A stretch of DNA of 64,000 nt from positions 175,929 to 239,928 of the forward strand of contig JBEKMQ010000002.1 of the NCBI GenBank assembly GCA_050008435.1, read 5' to 3'. Made by a program: the position numbers and the translations under genes. The notes beneath the pieces are model-generated. The model did no database searches. It saw only the letters and a program-made list of their open reading frames with translations, and was not told the origin of the DNA. Positions 51,753 through 61,223 of this stretch are shown here, one piece after another. Position 1 is the first letter of the stretch. Each line of letters starts with the position of its first letter. The DNA is from Candidatus Bathyarchaeia archaeon (GTDB lineage Archaea; Thermoproteota; Bathyarchaeia; Bathyarchaeales; Bathycorpusculaceae).

Positions 51753-53090
51753 CTAGGCTTCTTTCTCAACTTCTCGCGTTGAATCTTCTAGGATGTCTAG
51801 GGCTGCGTCAACAAGGTCTCTCGTAATGACTAGTGGCGGTGCGATCCTGATCGTTGAAGCCCCGCAGGTGATGACGGTTACTCCGCGCTTCCATGATCGT
51901 GTCATAATCTCGCTGGCTTTCTGGGGAGCGGGCTTCTTGCTTTCCTTGTCTTCCACGATTTCAACTCCTATCATCAGTCCTTTGCCTCTCACGTCGCCCA
52001 CGATTTCGCTTTTTTCCTTCAACTCTTCCATTCGTTTCATGATGTAGCTACCTTGTTTGGAGGCGTTTTCCAACAGTTTCTCTTCGTTTATGACGTCTAT
52101 GACAGCGCTGGCTGCAACGCATGAGAGCGGGTTGCCTCCGAAAGTGCTTGCGTGTGATCCTGGAACCCAGTCCATCACTTTCGATTTTGAAATCGTGGCG
52201 CCCAGCGGCAAACCTGAAGCTAAGCCTTTTGCGCTACAGATGATGTCTGGTTCGACGCCCCAGTGTTCGATGGCGAACCATTTCCCAGTTCTTCCAATGC
52301 CTGATTGTACCTCATCATCTATCATTAGCATGTCATATTTGTCGGCAAGCTTCTTCAACCGCTGGAAGTATTCAGGCGGCGGAACAACGTACCCGCCTTC
52401 GCCCTGAATAGATTCAAACAGCATTGCGGCAGTGTCTTCAGGAGGCACATACTTCTGCAGGACATATTCGTCAATGAAATCCACGCACCAATAATGACAC
52501 TCAGGATAAGTCAGCTTAAACGGACAGCGATAACAGTATCCGTAGGGCACGTGAGTCACACCGGGCATCAACGGGGAGAAGTACCGTCTCTGCGTAGGCT
52601 TACTGGCCGTGAACGACAAGGCACCCACGGTGCGCCCGTGAAAAGCGCTTATGAACGCGATAAACAGTTGCCTGCGGCTGTGCCACTTTGCAATCTTCAC
52701 CGCGGCCTCAATGGCTTCGGCGCCGCTGTTGCCGAAATAGACCTTCTTGTCAGGCGTTCCCGGCGCTATCTTCGCGAGCTTCTCAGCCAAGTTGACGACT
52801 TCCCTGTAGTAGAAGTCCGTGTTAGAATAATGCAGGAAGCGATCACACTGGCTTTTTATGGCCGTCACCACCTTAGGGTGATTGTGCCCAACGTTCAAGC
52901 ATACTAAGCCTGAGTTGAAGTCGATGAACTCGTTTCCATCCACATCTTTCACGATGCAGCCTTTTCCAGATTCAACCACAAGCGGGTAGAACCGCCCGTA
53001 AGAAGGAGAAATCAGACTTTCATCTTTCTTGACAAGTTCTCTCGCCTTGGGCCCTGGTGGAGTAACCACAATCTTCGGATAGCCACTCAT
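51753..53090 (-). CDS. class III pyridoxal-phosphate-dependent aminotransferase
   Basis: GNSGAEAIE, DEVQSGIGRTG and SAKGL (PLP lysine) motifs. Confidence 0.9.
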   Translation of the reverse strand: MSGYPKIVVTPPGPKARELVKKDESLISPSYGRFYPLVVESGKGCIVKDVDGNEFIDFNSGLVCLNVGHNHPKVVTAIKSQCDRFLHYSNTDFYYREVVNLAEKLAKIAPGTPDKKVYFGNSGAEAIEAAVKIAKWHSRRQLFIAFISAFHGRTVGALSFTASKPTQRRYFSPLMPGVTHVPYGYCYRCPFKLTYPECHYWCVDFIDEYVLQKYVPPEDTAAMLFESIQGEGGYVVPPPEYFQRLKKLADKYDMLMIDDEVQSGIGRTGKWFAIEHWGVEPDIICSAKGLASGLPLGATISKSKVMDWVPGSHASTFGGNPLSCVAASAVIDVINEEKLLENASKQGSYIMKRMEELKEKSEIVGDVRGKGLMIGVEIVEDKESKKPAPQKASEIMTRSWKRGVTVITCGASTIRIAPPLVITRDLVDAALDILEDSTREVEKEA

Positions 53091-53196
53091 ATCACATCGC
53101 CGACCGGAACCTAGCGTTAGAGAAGATTACTTATATAGCTAACGATGCCCCTTGACACAAAAACACAATGCATAATTAGTTGCTGAAGCCCTGCGC

Positions 53197-53682
53197 CTAC
53201 TGCCTAGTTATGCTGATTTCAATTGTAGAGACGTTTGTTTTTCTATCTCCTTCCCTAGTCACTTGTTCGGTGCTTATGCTGATGCCTTGAAGTTGCGCGT
53301 TTTTCATGAACGTTCGTCTCAGCAGTTCAGCCGTGTCCACAGCTTTGCAGATAGCCCGCCCTCTAGCCTTCAGAACTATCTTGTTCGACCCAGCGCTGAA
53401 AGAGGTTATACAGGCCATCACGTAATTCTTCACTGGCTTCTGACCAACAAAAACGACTTTTTCGCTGACCCCTTTTGCCGGTTCGGCCTCTGCTTGTTTT
53501 GAGGGTAACGTGGTTTTCTCTATTCCCAGTTCAGGCTTCGGAGATTCAGCCACTTCTGAGGGCTTGGGCACTTCCTCTGTTGTCGGTTCAGGCTTCGGAG
53601 ATTTCGGCACTTTCGGCGATTTTGCGGGCTTTGGCACTTTTTCTTTTTCTTCAGAAGTCTTCTTCTGCTTAGTCCTTGGCAT
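53197..53682 (-). CDS. albA: Alba-family DNA/RNA-binding protein with a Lys/Pro/Glu-rich N-terminal tail
   Basis: The C-terminal ~95 aa (VFVGQKPVKNYVMACITSF..GSNKIVLKARGRAICKAVDTAELLRR...VSTIEISI) is a canonical Alba fold. The N-terminal ~65 aa contains KSPKVPKSPKPE-type repeats. Confidence 0.85.
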   Translation of the reverse strand: MPRTKQKKTSEEKEKVPKPAKSPKVPKSPKPEPTTEEVPKPSEVAESPKPELGIEKTTLPSKQAEAEPAKGVSEKVVFVGQKPVKNYVMACITSFSAGSNKIVLKARGRAICKAVDTAELLRRTFMKNAQLQGISISTEQVTREGDRKTNVSTIEISITRQ

Positions 53683-53831
53683 GTTGTGCTTACCTTCTTC
53701 GATGACCGAGTAAATGATGCCCCTAGAACAGTGTATATCACGGTTTTTATCTTCTTATGTCTTTCCATACCTTGCATCCGTCGGAGGATCAGCTTGGGGT
53801 TTTCATGTTGACCGTGCTCGAAGATGCCTGA

Positions 53832-54605
53832 TCATTTTCTTCTGAGGAGCACCATGTTAATGTTGCTCGGAGTTTTGGCCTTCTCCAAGGGTTTATCCAG
53901 GAACCAGGTGCTTTCGGTTCCTTCCCACCATCCTAGAAACTCGAATTTATCGTTGAGTTTTACTAGCGTTTTGAATTCCTGAGGGAAGATGAACTTCAAA
54001 TCCTCTTCGCTGACGAGCCTCTTTGCTCGTCCATGGTCATTGACTTCAAGTGTGCCCCTTTCTGTGTAAATCTGATTCATTACGTCCTTCCAATAAGCAA
54101 AGCTGTAGGTCGTATTCACCGTGACCTCCTCTTTTTCCATAGTCCAGCTTTGCTCTGCAGTTCGCGTCCAGTCGACAGCCTTGTTCTGAATGAAGTACAG
54201 ACCTCCTCTTTTCAGGGAATAAGCTACGGAATTCAGATGATTCATGAACTTCTCATTCGACTCAACAACCAAAGACCCCATCATGATGAATGCAAAATCC
54301 ATCTTCTTTTTCAGTCTGAAGCCGCACATATCAGCTTGTACAGTTTCGACTTGGACCCCCTCTTCCTTTGCTTTCTCAGACAAGTAACTCAGCATTTCAC
54401 CGGCTAAGTCTAATCCAACTGCTTCACATCCCCTTTTTGCTATCTCCCTCAACTGCGAGCTTGGGCCACAGGCAATGTCAAGGAAACGTTTGACCTTTAT
54501 TTTGCTGAACTTCTCGATTATCAGCTCAAACGTATCGATCTGTTTTTTCACGTCGAAGAAGTTGAAGGCAATCTCATAATACAGAGGATTCTTGTAGATG
54601 TCCAT
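53832..54605 (-). CDS. class I SAM-dependent methyltransferase
   Basis: FLDIACGPSSQL motif I, followed by GLDL and ADM motifs. Confidence 0.75.
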   Translation of the reverse strand: MDIYKNPLYYEIAFNFFDVKKQIDTFELIIEKFSKIKVKRFLDIACGPSSQLREIAKRGCEAVGLDLAGEMLSYLSEKAKEEGVQVETVQADMCGFRLKKKMDFAFIMMGSLVVESNEKFMNHLNSVAYSLKRGGLYFIQNKAVDWTRTAEQSWTMEKEEVTVNTTYSFAYWKDVMNQIYTERGTLEVNDHGRAKRLVSEEDLKFIFPQEFKTLVKLNDKFEFLGWWEGTESTWFLDKPLEKAKTPSNINMVLLRRK

Positions 54606-54750
54606 ATCTTCAAAGTTCGTTTCTCAAGTAAAATAAGCTTACCGAACATGAATCTGAACTGCACACGGCCGTACGCGCACACAAGCCAGAAAATATGATC
54701 TCTTCGATCGAAAGTAAACCATAAAAAGAACCGAGCACAACAATACTCGA

Positions 54751-55695
54751 GTGGTGTCATTAATGGAGAACGTGAGATTCGGCGTTCAAGCATTGCAGGC
54801 AATGCCTGACTATTCCACCCTGAAGAAGGTAGCATTAGAATGCGATCGTCTAGGTTTTGACTCCGTCTGGATATACGACCATCTACAATTCACATACGGA
54901 CCCACACTGGAATGTTGGACGACTCTGTCGGCTTTGGCCGAAGCGACCAAAAACGTTCGAGTTGGACCACTGGTAACCTGCAACGCCTTCCGCTATCCCT
55001 CGATCCTGGCAAAAATGGCGGCGACAGTCGACATGATTTCTAACGGAAGACTCAATTTCGGAATAGGAGCAGGATGGCACGAAGCTGAGGCTGCGGCTTA
55101 CGGAATACCCTTTCCAAGAGGAGGCATCCGCGTGGAAATGCTAGATGAGGCATTGTCAATAATAGAAGGGCTATGGACGAAGGACAAATTCACCTTTAAA
55201 GGAAAACACTATTCTGTTAACGACGCCATCTGCATTCCAAAACCACTTCAAAAACCTTACCCGCCGATACTCGTAGGAGGCGGCGGAGACAAGATGCTCA
55301 GGCTAATCGCAAAACACGCGAACGCCTGGGACGGCGGGTTCACCGATCTCGAAGGTTACAAGAAAGACCACGCCCGACTGAAGGCCGCATGCAAAGAGAC
55401 TGGAAGGAACTGCAGCGAAATAGAGAATACCTTTCAGAGTCGCGTGATAATAGCGGAAGATGACAAAGCTGCACTGAAGAGGGCGGAAAAGTGGTGCGCA
55501 GAGCGCAAAGGAAAACCAGACGACCCCGACTGGAAGTTCGCCGTCAAAGGATCGCCCCAAACTTGCATAAAAACTCTGAAAGACTATGTTGATGCCGGCG
55601 TGACACACTTCACACTTCTGTTCGCAGATGTCGCCAGCCTGAAACCCCTCCAACTGTTCGCAGAAAAGGTAATCCCCGAGTTTCATTCGTACTAG
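54751..55695 (+). CDS. luciferase-like (LLM class) F420-dependent oxidoreductase
   Basis: FDSVWIYDHL, GRLNFGIGAGW, PPILVGGGG. Confidence 0.75.
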   Translation: MVSLMENVRFGVQALQAMPDYSTLKKVALECDRLGFDSVWIYDHLQFTYGPTLECWTTLSALAEATKNVRVGPLVTCNAFRYPSILAKMAATVDMISNGRLNFGIGAGWHEAEAAAYGIPFPRGGIRVEMLDEALSIIEGLWTKDKFTFKGKHYSVNDAICIPKPLQKPYPPILVGGGGDKMLRLIAKHANAWDGGFTDLEGYKKDHARLKAACKETGRNCSEIENTFQSRVIIAEDDKAALKRAEKWCAERKGKPDDPDWKFAVKGSPQTCIKTLKDYVDAGVTHFTLLFADVASLKPLQLFAEKVIPEFHSY

Positions 55696-55816
55696 AGAAA
55701 GCATTCAATGGGTAGAAAAGGCTCCCAAGTGGAACAGGGACAACCAGCAGAAGAGAGCAATTAGTGCCAGCCAAGAACGCGCCAGGCTCGTGGCGCGCGC
55801 TTACGACTGCTTTAAG

Positions 55817-56362
55817 TTAGTCAAGCCGCTTCGCGGACTGCTTGTCCGCAAATTTCATTCCTTCTTCGAAAGCGCGAACGTTGGCCTCAAACAGGTCAAT
55901 TTTCTTCCCGAAAAGTTCCTTCAGTCCTTCAATAATGCTTTCTTTGGACACGATTTTGGTGAGGGCGACGTAGGCGCCTAGCATGACCATGTTCGCTGAT
56001 CTTTCAGCGCCGGATGATGTCGCGATCTCGCTTGCTGGCACCGAGATGATTCTAACGTCTTTTCGTGTCGTCGATCTGTTCACGAGTGAACTGCTCAGCA
56101 GCAGAAGGCCGTCGCTCTGCAGTTTCGGTTCAAAAGCCTCCAGCGAAGGGTTGTTCATAACAATGACCGCGCACGGGTGAGCCGCCACTGGTGATCCGAT
56201 CTCTTCACTCGATACCACGACCGTGCAGTTGGCTGTTCCACCGCGCATCTCTGGCCCGTACGACGGGATCCACGTGACATGTTTACCTTCCTTCATTGCA
56301 CTGTATGCCAAGAGTTTCCCGATGAACATGAGCCCTTGTCCGCCGAAGCCGGACATTACCAC
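55817..56362 (-). CDS. 2-oxoacid:ferredoxin oxidoreductase, gamma subunit
   Basis: GFGGQGLMFIGKLLA... and YGPEMRGG motifs. Confidence 0.85.
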   Translation of the reverse strand: MVMSGFGGQGLMFIGKLLAYSAMKEGKHVTWIPSYGPEMRGGTANCTVVVSSEEIGSPVAAHPCAVIVMNNPSLEAFEPKLQSDGLLLLSSSLVNRSTTRKDVRIISVPASEIATSSGAERSANMVMLGAYVALTKIVSKESIIEGLKELFGKKIDLFEANVRAFEEGMKFADKQSAKRLD

Positions 56363-56400
56363 GTTTTCATAGGAGCCTTTGTTCGCTAGCTTGGCGATGT

Positions 56401-57144
56401 TTATCCCTCCTTGGGTGACTTGAACTCTCCCAATGGAAAATAAGGGGCCATTCTTTCGTCAACCCATTTCACCGATTCTGCAGGCGTCATGTGCCAGTTC
56501 GTGGGGCACTGGGACAGGACTTCCACGATCGAATAACCCAATCCTTTGATCTGGGTTTCAAAGGCTTTCTTGATGGCTCTCTTTGCTTGTACAACGTTCT
56601 TGGGGCTGCTTACGCTTACGCGCGCAACGTAGGCGGCGCCTTCAAGAGTTGCCAGCATCTCGCATACGCGAATAGGGTAGCCCGCTCTCTCTGCGGATCT
56701 ACCGTCTGGAGTAGTCGTGGTCTTCTGGCCGATGAGCGTCGTCGGCGCCATCTGCCCCGCAGTCATTCCGTAGACCGCGTTGTTGACGAAAATGGTCGTG
56801 ATTTTTTCGCCGCGCGCTGCTGCGTGAACCGTTTCTGCAGTTCCTATGGCTGCAAGGTCGCCGTCTCCCTGGTAAGTGAAAACGATCAGCTCAGGGTGCA
56901 CCCGCTTGCATCCTGTAGCAATGGCAGGAGCTCGACCGTGGGCGGCTTCATAAGAGTCCAAGTCAAAGTAATTGTAGAGGAGCACCGCGCAGCCCACAGG
57001 AGCTACAACGACCGTTTTCTCGCGGATCCCAAGTTCGTCTATGACTTCCGCGATCAACCGGTGGATAGTTCCATGACCGCATCCCGGGCAATAATGTGTG
57101 CTTGCTGCAGTAAGCGTCTTCGGTCTCACGTAAACGGTTTCCAT
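56401..57144 (-). CDS. 2-oxoacid:ferredoxin oxidoreductase, beta (TPP-binding) subunit
   Basis: YCPGCGHG and GDGD...NN.VYGMT motifs. Confidence 0.9.
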   Translation of the reverse strand: METVYVRPKTLTAASTHYCPGCGHGTIHRLIAEVIDELGIREKTVVVAPVGCAVLLYNYFDLDSYEAAHGRAPAIATGCKRVHPELIVFTYQGDGDLAAIGTAETVHAAARGEKITTIFVNNAVYGMTAGQMAPTTLIGQKTTTTPDGRSAERAGYPIRVCEMLATLEGAAYVARVSVSSPKNVVQAKRAIKKAFETQIKGLGYSIVEVLSQCPTNWHMTPAESVKWVDERMAPYFPLGEFKSPKEG

Positions 57145-57146
57145 CT

Positions 57147-58211
57147 CTACTTTACCTCCGAGGCAATCTTCTCTACTTCCACGACGATTTCCTCGTAGCT
57201 CGGCACTATTCCGCCTACCCTGCTGTAGAAGTGCACTTGGCTCTTGCCGCAGAGAGCAAGCTTCACGTCCTCGAGCATCTGTCCCATACTCATTTCAACG
57301 ACCAAGAAGCTCTTCACTCGCGCCGCTATCTTACCGAACGCTTCATAGGGGAATGGGTAAAGCGATATGGGCCTCAATAGGCCAACCTTCAACCCTTTTT
57401 CGCGAAGGATTTTGATGGCAGTCTTCGCAATCCGAGCAACTGTCCCATAAGCTGCGATCAGTACTTCCGCATCTTCAGTCATGTAGGATTCGAAGCGTAC
57501 CTCATTCCTGACCGCCTCGCGAAGTTTTTCAGCGATGGCCAAGTTGCGTTTCTCCAGAATCACTGGATCAAGATAGAGAGATTTGATCAGTTTTCGATGC
57601 CCAGCTGAGCCTCCCGTGATCGCCCAGTCCTTCCTTGGAGGCACAAAACTCTTCGCAGCCGGCTTGAATTCAATGGGCTCCATCATCTGACCAATGTTCC
57701 CATCGCCTAAAATCATCACGGGGTTACGATATCTGTCCGCCAAATCGAATGCAAGTATGGTGAGGTTCGCTGCCTCTTGGCCTGTCGACGGGGCCAACAC
57801 AAGCATGTGATAATCACCGTGGCCTCCTCCCTTCGTTGCTTGGAAATAGTCCGATTGAGAGGGCGCAATCCCGCCGAGCCCAGGCCCACCCCGCATCATA
57901 TTCACTATCACACACGGAAGCTCAGCTGCCGCAATGTAGGAAATTCCTTCTTGCATAAGGCTGATCCCCGGACTGGAAGAAGAAGTCATTGTCCTTGCGC
58001 CCGCACCTGAGGCACCGAACACCATGTATATAGCGGCTACCTCACTTTCTGCTTGAAGAAAAGTGCCGCCTACTTCGGGCATTCTCCACGCCATGTATTC
58101 GCCGATCTCGTTCTGCGGCGTTATCGGATAAGCAAAATAGTATCTGCACCCAGCCTGAACAGCAGCCTCAGCTATTGCCTCATTTCCAGCCATGAACCTC
58201 TTCTCAGTCAC
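57147..58211 (-). CDS. 2-oxoacid:ferredoxin oxidoreductase, alpha subunit
   Basis: GNEA.A.AA..AG....F.YPITP N-terminus. Confidence 0.9.
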   Translation of the reverse strand: MTEKRFMAGNEAIAEAAVQAGCRYYFAYPITPQNEIGEYMAWRMPEVGGTFLQAESEVAAIYMVFGASGAGARTMTSSSSPGISLMQEGISYIAAAELPCVIVNMMRGGPGLGGIAPSQSDYFQATKGGGHGDYHMLVLAPSTGQEAANLTILAFDLADRYRNPVMILGDGNIGQMMEPIEFKPAAKSFVPPRKDWAITGGSAGHRKLIKSLYLDPVILEKRNLAIAEKLREAVRNEVRFESYMTEDAEVLIAAYGTVARIAKTAIKILREKGLKVGLLRPISLYPFPYEAFGKIAARVKSFLVVEMSMGQMLEDVKLALCGKSQVHFYSRVGGIVPSYEEIVVEVEKIASEVK

Positions 58212-58447
58212 TTCTTCTCACCAACCGCTTTCTTCGCTCGAGAAACCGTGATAGCAGCATCCGGGCACATCAGGGCACACAAGGCGCACCCCGTGCATTC
58301 TCCGCCCGGATCCAAAAATTCTGCTGGATGATAGCCATTTTTGCTGACAGAATTGGAAACTCGGATCGCTTTTTGAGGACAGAAACTGATACAAAGTCCG
58401 CAACCCTTACAGTATTCCTCATCTATGACGATCTTACCCATCATCAA
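58208..58447 (-). CDS. 2-oxoacid:ferredoxin oxidoreductase, delta (2x[4Fe-4S] ferredoxin) subunit
   Basis: CKGCGLC..FCP and CTGCALCALMCP. The delta-alpha-beta-gamma gene order is typical of Kor/Vor-type rather than Por-type operons. Confidence 0.85.
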   Translation of the reverse strand: MMMGKIVIDEEYCKGCGLCISFCPQKAIRVSNSVSKNGYHPAEFLDPGGECTGCALCALMCPDAAITVSRAKKAVGEKK

Positions 58448-58560
58448 TCCAGCTCTTTCCTTGTTGGTGAACCCAAGCTCTGCCCGACAGTCTCAGGCAG
58501 ACATCCTGTTGCAGCTTAAACTCAAGATATTTCAGAAAGTCCGACCATATTAATATTAAG

Positions 58561-60393
58561 CTAAACAAACAACAAAAATAACATCAAGAGAAGCCCGCTG
58601 ACAAGCGAGATGGGCACGATCGCTCTCTTAGCCCTTCGAAGCCCCTTATCCGTCAAGTCGGAAAGACTCTCCAGTCGCTCCCTGCCGATGACCCTGACAT
58701 CAGAAACGGATATGCTTCGACAGCCGACCTTGGCACTCTTCAATTCAGCCACGGCGGCAAGGGCTACCTCTTTGATACAGCCTATCAGCTTTTCATGATC
58801 GATAACTTCACCTATAGGATAATACCCGCGTCTGCCCAAGACTATACCACTGACTGAATGCGTGTCCGTCGTAAAAACTTCACCTGCGCTAATGCCGATC
58901 GACCCAAGAGCGGAAAGGATCTTTTCGCGTAGCCCAGAAACGATATTGTTGCCATCGATCACCACGTAAGCAGCGGTTTGGTCCGCGACCCTGAAGGCGA
59001 CTACAGTGATCCCGCCCTGGCCCATGCCTTCCCTAAGGCTGAACTCCGACAAGGTCGAGCTCCCCCCAACCTCAAACAGTAAGCGAGACGCCGCAGCCGC
59101 CTTCTCCAAGCAAGAAGCTGCGACTACCTGCAGTGAACTGAAGGCGTCAGGCATCACATCCATGCGGTCAATACTGTTGTGGGCATTGACGACTGTACAG
59201 CAGGCCAGCCCAAGTTGCTTCGCCTTCTCTTGAATGAACAAGCCCAATTCTTGAGGTATGTCTTCAGTGGTCCTAGGTGCTAACGTGACAGAGAGGAATG
59301 CGGCATCGTCAAAAATCTGGCAGCACGCAGATGCTAGACCATCACTGGTCGTGAAGAAGGGCGAAGCCCCCACCCCAGAAGCCGGAAAACCCATCGCGTT
59401 AACAACATTATTCACGACTTTTTGATTCTGAGCCTGCGAAGCCAAATCAAGCTCATGACCGAAAAGGCCGTGAGGAACACAGGCTATGCACCCGAATTTC
59501 TTTTCCAAAGCATGCTTGAGCAAATACGGCAAGACGCTACTTCCGATGTTCTTGAAAGGTCCAGGATGTACAGAAGGAACGACCACGCACACTTCCCTTT
59601 CTGAGGAATCAAACTTGAACAGCGTAAGATCAACATCCTGTTTTTCGCTGAGTCTCTCCAAGAACCCCTCGAAAGGAACATTCACGTCAGCTATCCAGCT
59701 GAGCAGAAAAGCCTTGAAGAGCGATAATGCTGGAACATCTAACGTTTCGTCAGCCACTTTGTTTATGAGTGAGAGGAAAAGGTAGCTTGCAGCAACGCTT
59801 AGAACTGGAGAAAAAACGAAAAACAGAAGCCTTGAGAACGTAATCGGATAGCCCGCCGGCATCGCTTGCCATACTGCGATGAAGGGAATCACGTTCAAAC
59901 AGGGTGAAAGAAGAGACACCAAAACGAGGCGCTTATAGTCGAGAAATGACGTTGAGTTAAAGACTATTAGACGGAAAACCATCACCGCAGAAAACCCGAG
60001 AAGACAAAGCCTGACCCACCATGCCACACCGTACGATATTTCAACTATCGTTCCTATGAAAATGAAGAACAACCATATGACCCAGCAGAAAAAAGAAAGG
60101 GCCCCGGTCCGTCTCAAATCATAGATTGGGTCCTGCCTCAAAACTAGTCTGCTTACGGCATAGTCCGTGACGAAAGTGATCAAGAACAGAGAAAAGCCCA
60201 GCAGAAGCCCATAAGCCAACCCATCATATGAACCAAACACAGCATCAGCGGAGACCAGAGCAACCACGAAACAAATCAGAGCTAGATACAGAACAACCCT
60301 CCTGTAAGACGGAAGCCTGAACAATGATGCATAATGCTTCACAGCCGCGTCCATAGATTGAGTCAACGAATCCTGAGAATCGGAAGAACCCAC
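58561..60393 (-). CDS. DUF2070-family membrane protein
   Basis: 610 aa. An N-terminal ~230 aa with several TM helices, then a large soluble domain and a C-terminal TM, as in archaeal DUF2070. Confidence 0.6.
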   Translation of the reverse strand: MGSSDSQDSLTQSMDAAVKHYASLFRLPSYRRVVLYLALICFVVALVSADAVFGSYDGLAYGLLLGFSLFLITFVTDYAVSRLVLRQDPIYDLRRTGALSFFCWVIWLFFIFIGTIVEISYGVAWWVRLCLLGFSAVMVFRLIVFNSTSFLDYKRLVLVSLLSPCLNVIPFIAVWQAMPAGYPITFSRLLFFVFSPVLSVAASYLFLSLINKVADETLDVPALSLFKAFLLSWIADVNVPFEGFLERLSEKQDVDLTLFKFDSSEREVCVVVPSVHPGPFKNIGSSVLPYLLKHALEKKFGCIACVPHGLFGHELDLASQAQNQKVVNNVVNAMGFPASGVGASPFFTTSDGLASACCQIFDDAAFLSVTLAPRTTEDIPQELGLFIQEKAKQLGLACCTVVNAHNSIDRMDVMPDAFSSLQVVAASCLEKAAAASRLLFEVGGSSTLSEFSLREGMGQGGITVVAFRVADQTAAYVVIDGNNIVSGLREKILSALGSIGISAGEVFTTDTHSVSGIVLGRRGYYPIGEVIDHEKLIGCIKEVALAAVAELKSAKVGCRSISVSDVRVIGRERLESLSDLTDKGLRRAKRAIVPISLVSGLLLMLFLLFV

Positions 60394-60652
60394 TTCTATC
60401 CCCTTGAGCGAATTTTCTAAAAAGGGATCTCAAAGATATTAAAGTGTTGCGAAAACCTGTCCAGCACAGAGGAACATGCCATCCTCCGCATGATCCACCG
60501 CGAACCAGGTCACACATCTTTGTACACACGGCTGGAAAACTGAGCTTGACAAGAATGATTCAGTTGCATCTACGGGAACATCGCCGCCGAACGACTTAAG
60601 AGGAACAAGTGTTTTATTCTTCAACTTAGACTATCAAGGTTTTGCGAACCCC

Positions 60653-60940
60653 ATGCCAGAGCAAGATGTCCCTCTAACAATATTTCATATGCTGGAGAAG
60701 AACATGGGAAACCAGATACGAGTTATTCTAGATCCAGCTTATGGCTTTGAAGGAACTCTCATGGCAGTAACCCGTGAGCCAGCGGGAATATGGCTCTCAG
60801 ACGCAGAGGCAATCATCCTTCGTGCCACGATCGCCCAACCTATACCTCAAGTCACAAGCAGAGAAGACAGAAGTGAAATATTCGTGCACCTCAATTCTGT
60901 CCAAAGAATAGAAGTTCTGCATGCACCCACAAGGCGATAG
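60653..60940 (+). CDS. hypothetical protein (possibly Sm-like fold)
   Basis: GNQIRVILDPAYGFEGTLMAV......IWLSDAEAI loosely follows an Sm1/Sm2 pattern. Tentative. Confidence 0.3.
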   Translation: MPEQDVPLTIFHMLEKNMGNQIRVILDPAYGFEGTLMAVTREPAGIWLSDAEAIILRATIAQPIPQVTSREDRSEIFVHLNSVQRIEVLHAPTRR

Positions 60941-60944
60941 AACA

Positions 60945-61115
60945 TCAGCCGAAATATACATGCGCCAAGATACAGATAATTATTAGAGCCACTGAAAATG
61001 CCACAAGCAACTCAGGCCTAACTTTGATCCCCTCAGTCTCCTCTTCAAAGAATCTAAGCAGACCAGCACTCGCAGCCGGCATCGGGCTAGAGTCTTTTTT
61101 CTTCTTCTTGCTCAT
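60945..61115 (-). CDS. secG: preprotein translocase subunit Sec61beta (SecG), 56 aa, below ORF-track cutoff
   Basis: My translation is MSKKKKKDSSPMPAASAGLLRFFEEETEGIKVRPELLVAFSVALIIICILAHVYFG. The AGL.RFFEE...GIK..P plus C-terminal TM is the Sec61beta signature. Confidence 0.8.
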   Translation of the reverse strand: MSKKKKKDSSPMPAASAGLLRFFEEETEGIKVRPELLVAFSVALIIICILAHVYFG

Positions 61116-61223
61116 CGTCAACCCTTCGGGCTCAGCAACTGACTTCTACCATTTTCTTCATTATTAACGTTACGTAGTCTCAAAAGGCTTTTTATTTTTG
61201 AACAAACGATAGTTCGTCCAAAG

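Noticed and set aside
50759-51826. Arg/Lys-rich alternative-frame ORFs (50759..51229, 51416..51826) inside the M29 aminopeptidase gene, and the similar one in glyA (61394..61813)
   Set aside because: These are typical out-of-frame translations of purine-rich coding sequence. The annotated frames have clear family motifs.
53475-53777. Plus-strand and alternate-frame ORFs over the Alba tail region
   Set aside because: They are mirror or shifted translations of the repetitive Lys/Pro/Glu-coding DNA.
55817-58447. Whether the four-subunit oxidoreductase is something unusual
   Set aside because: The delta-alpha-beta-gamma order and motifs are standard for archaeal 2-oxoacid:ferredoxin oxidoreductases. 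Substrate specificity cannot be read from the sequence by eye, but nothing is anomalous.
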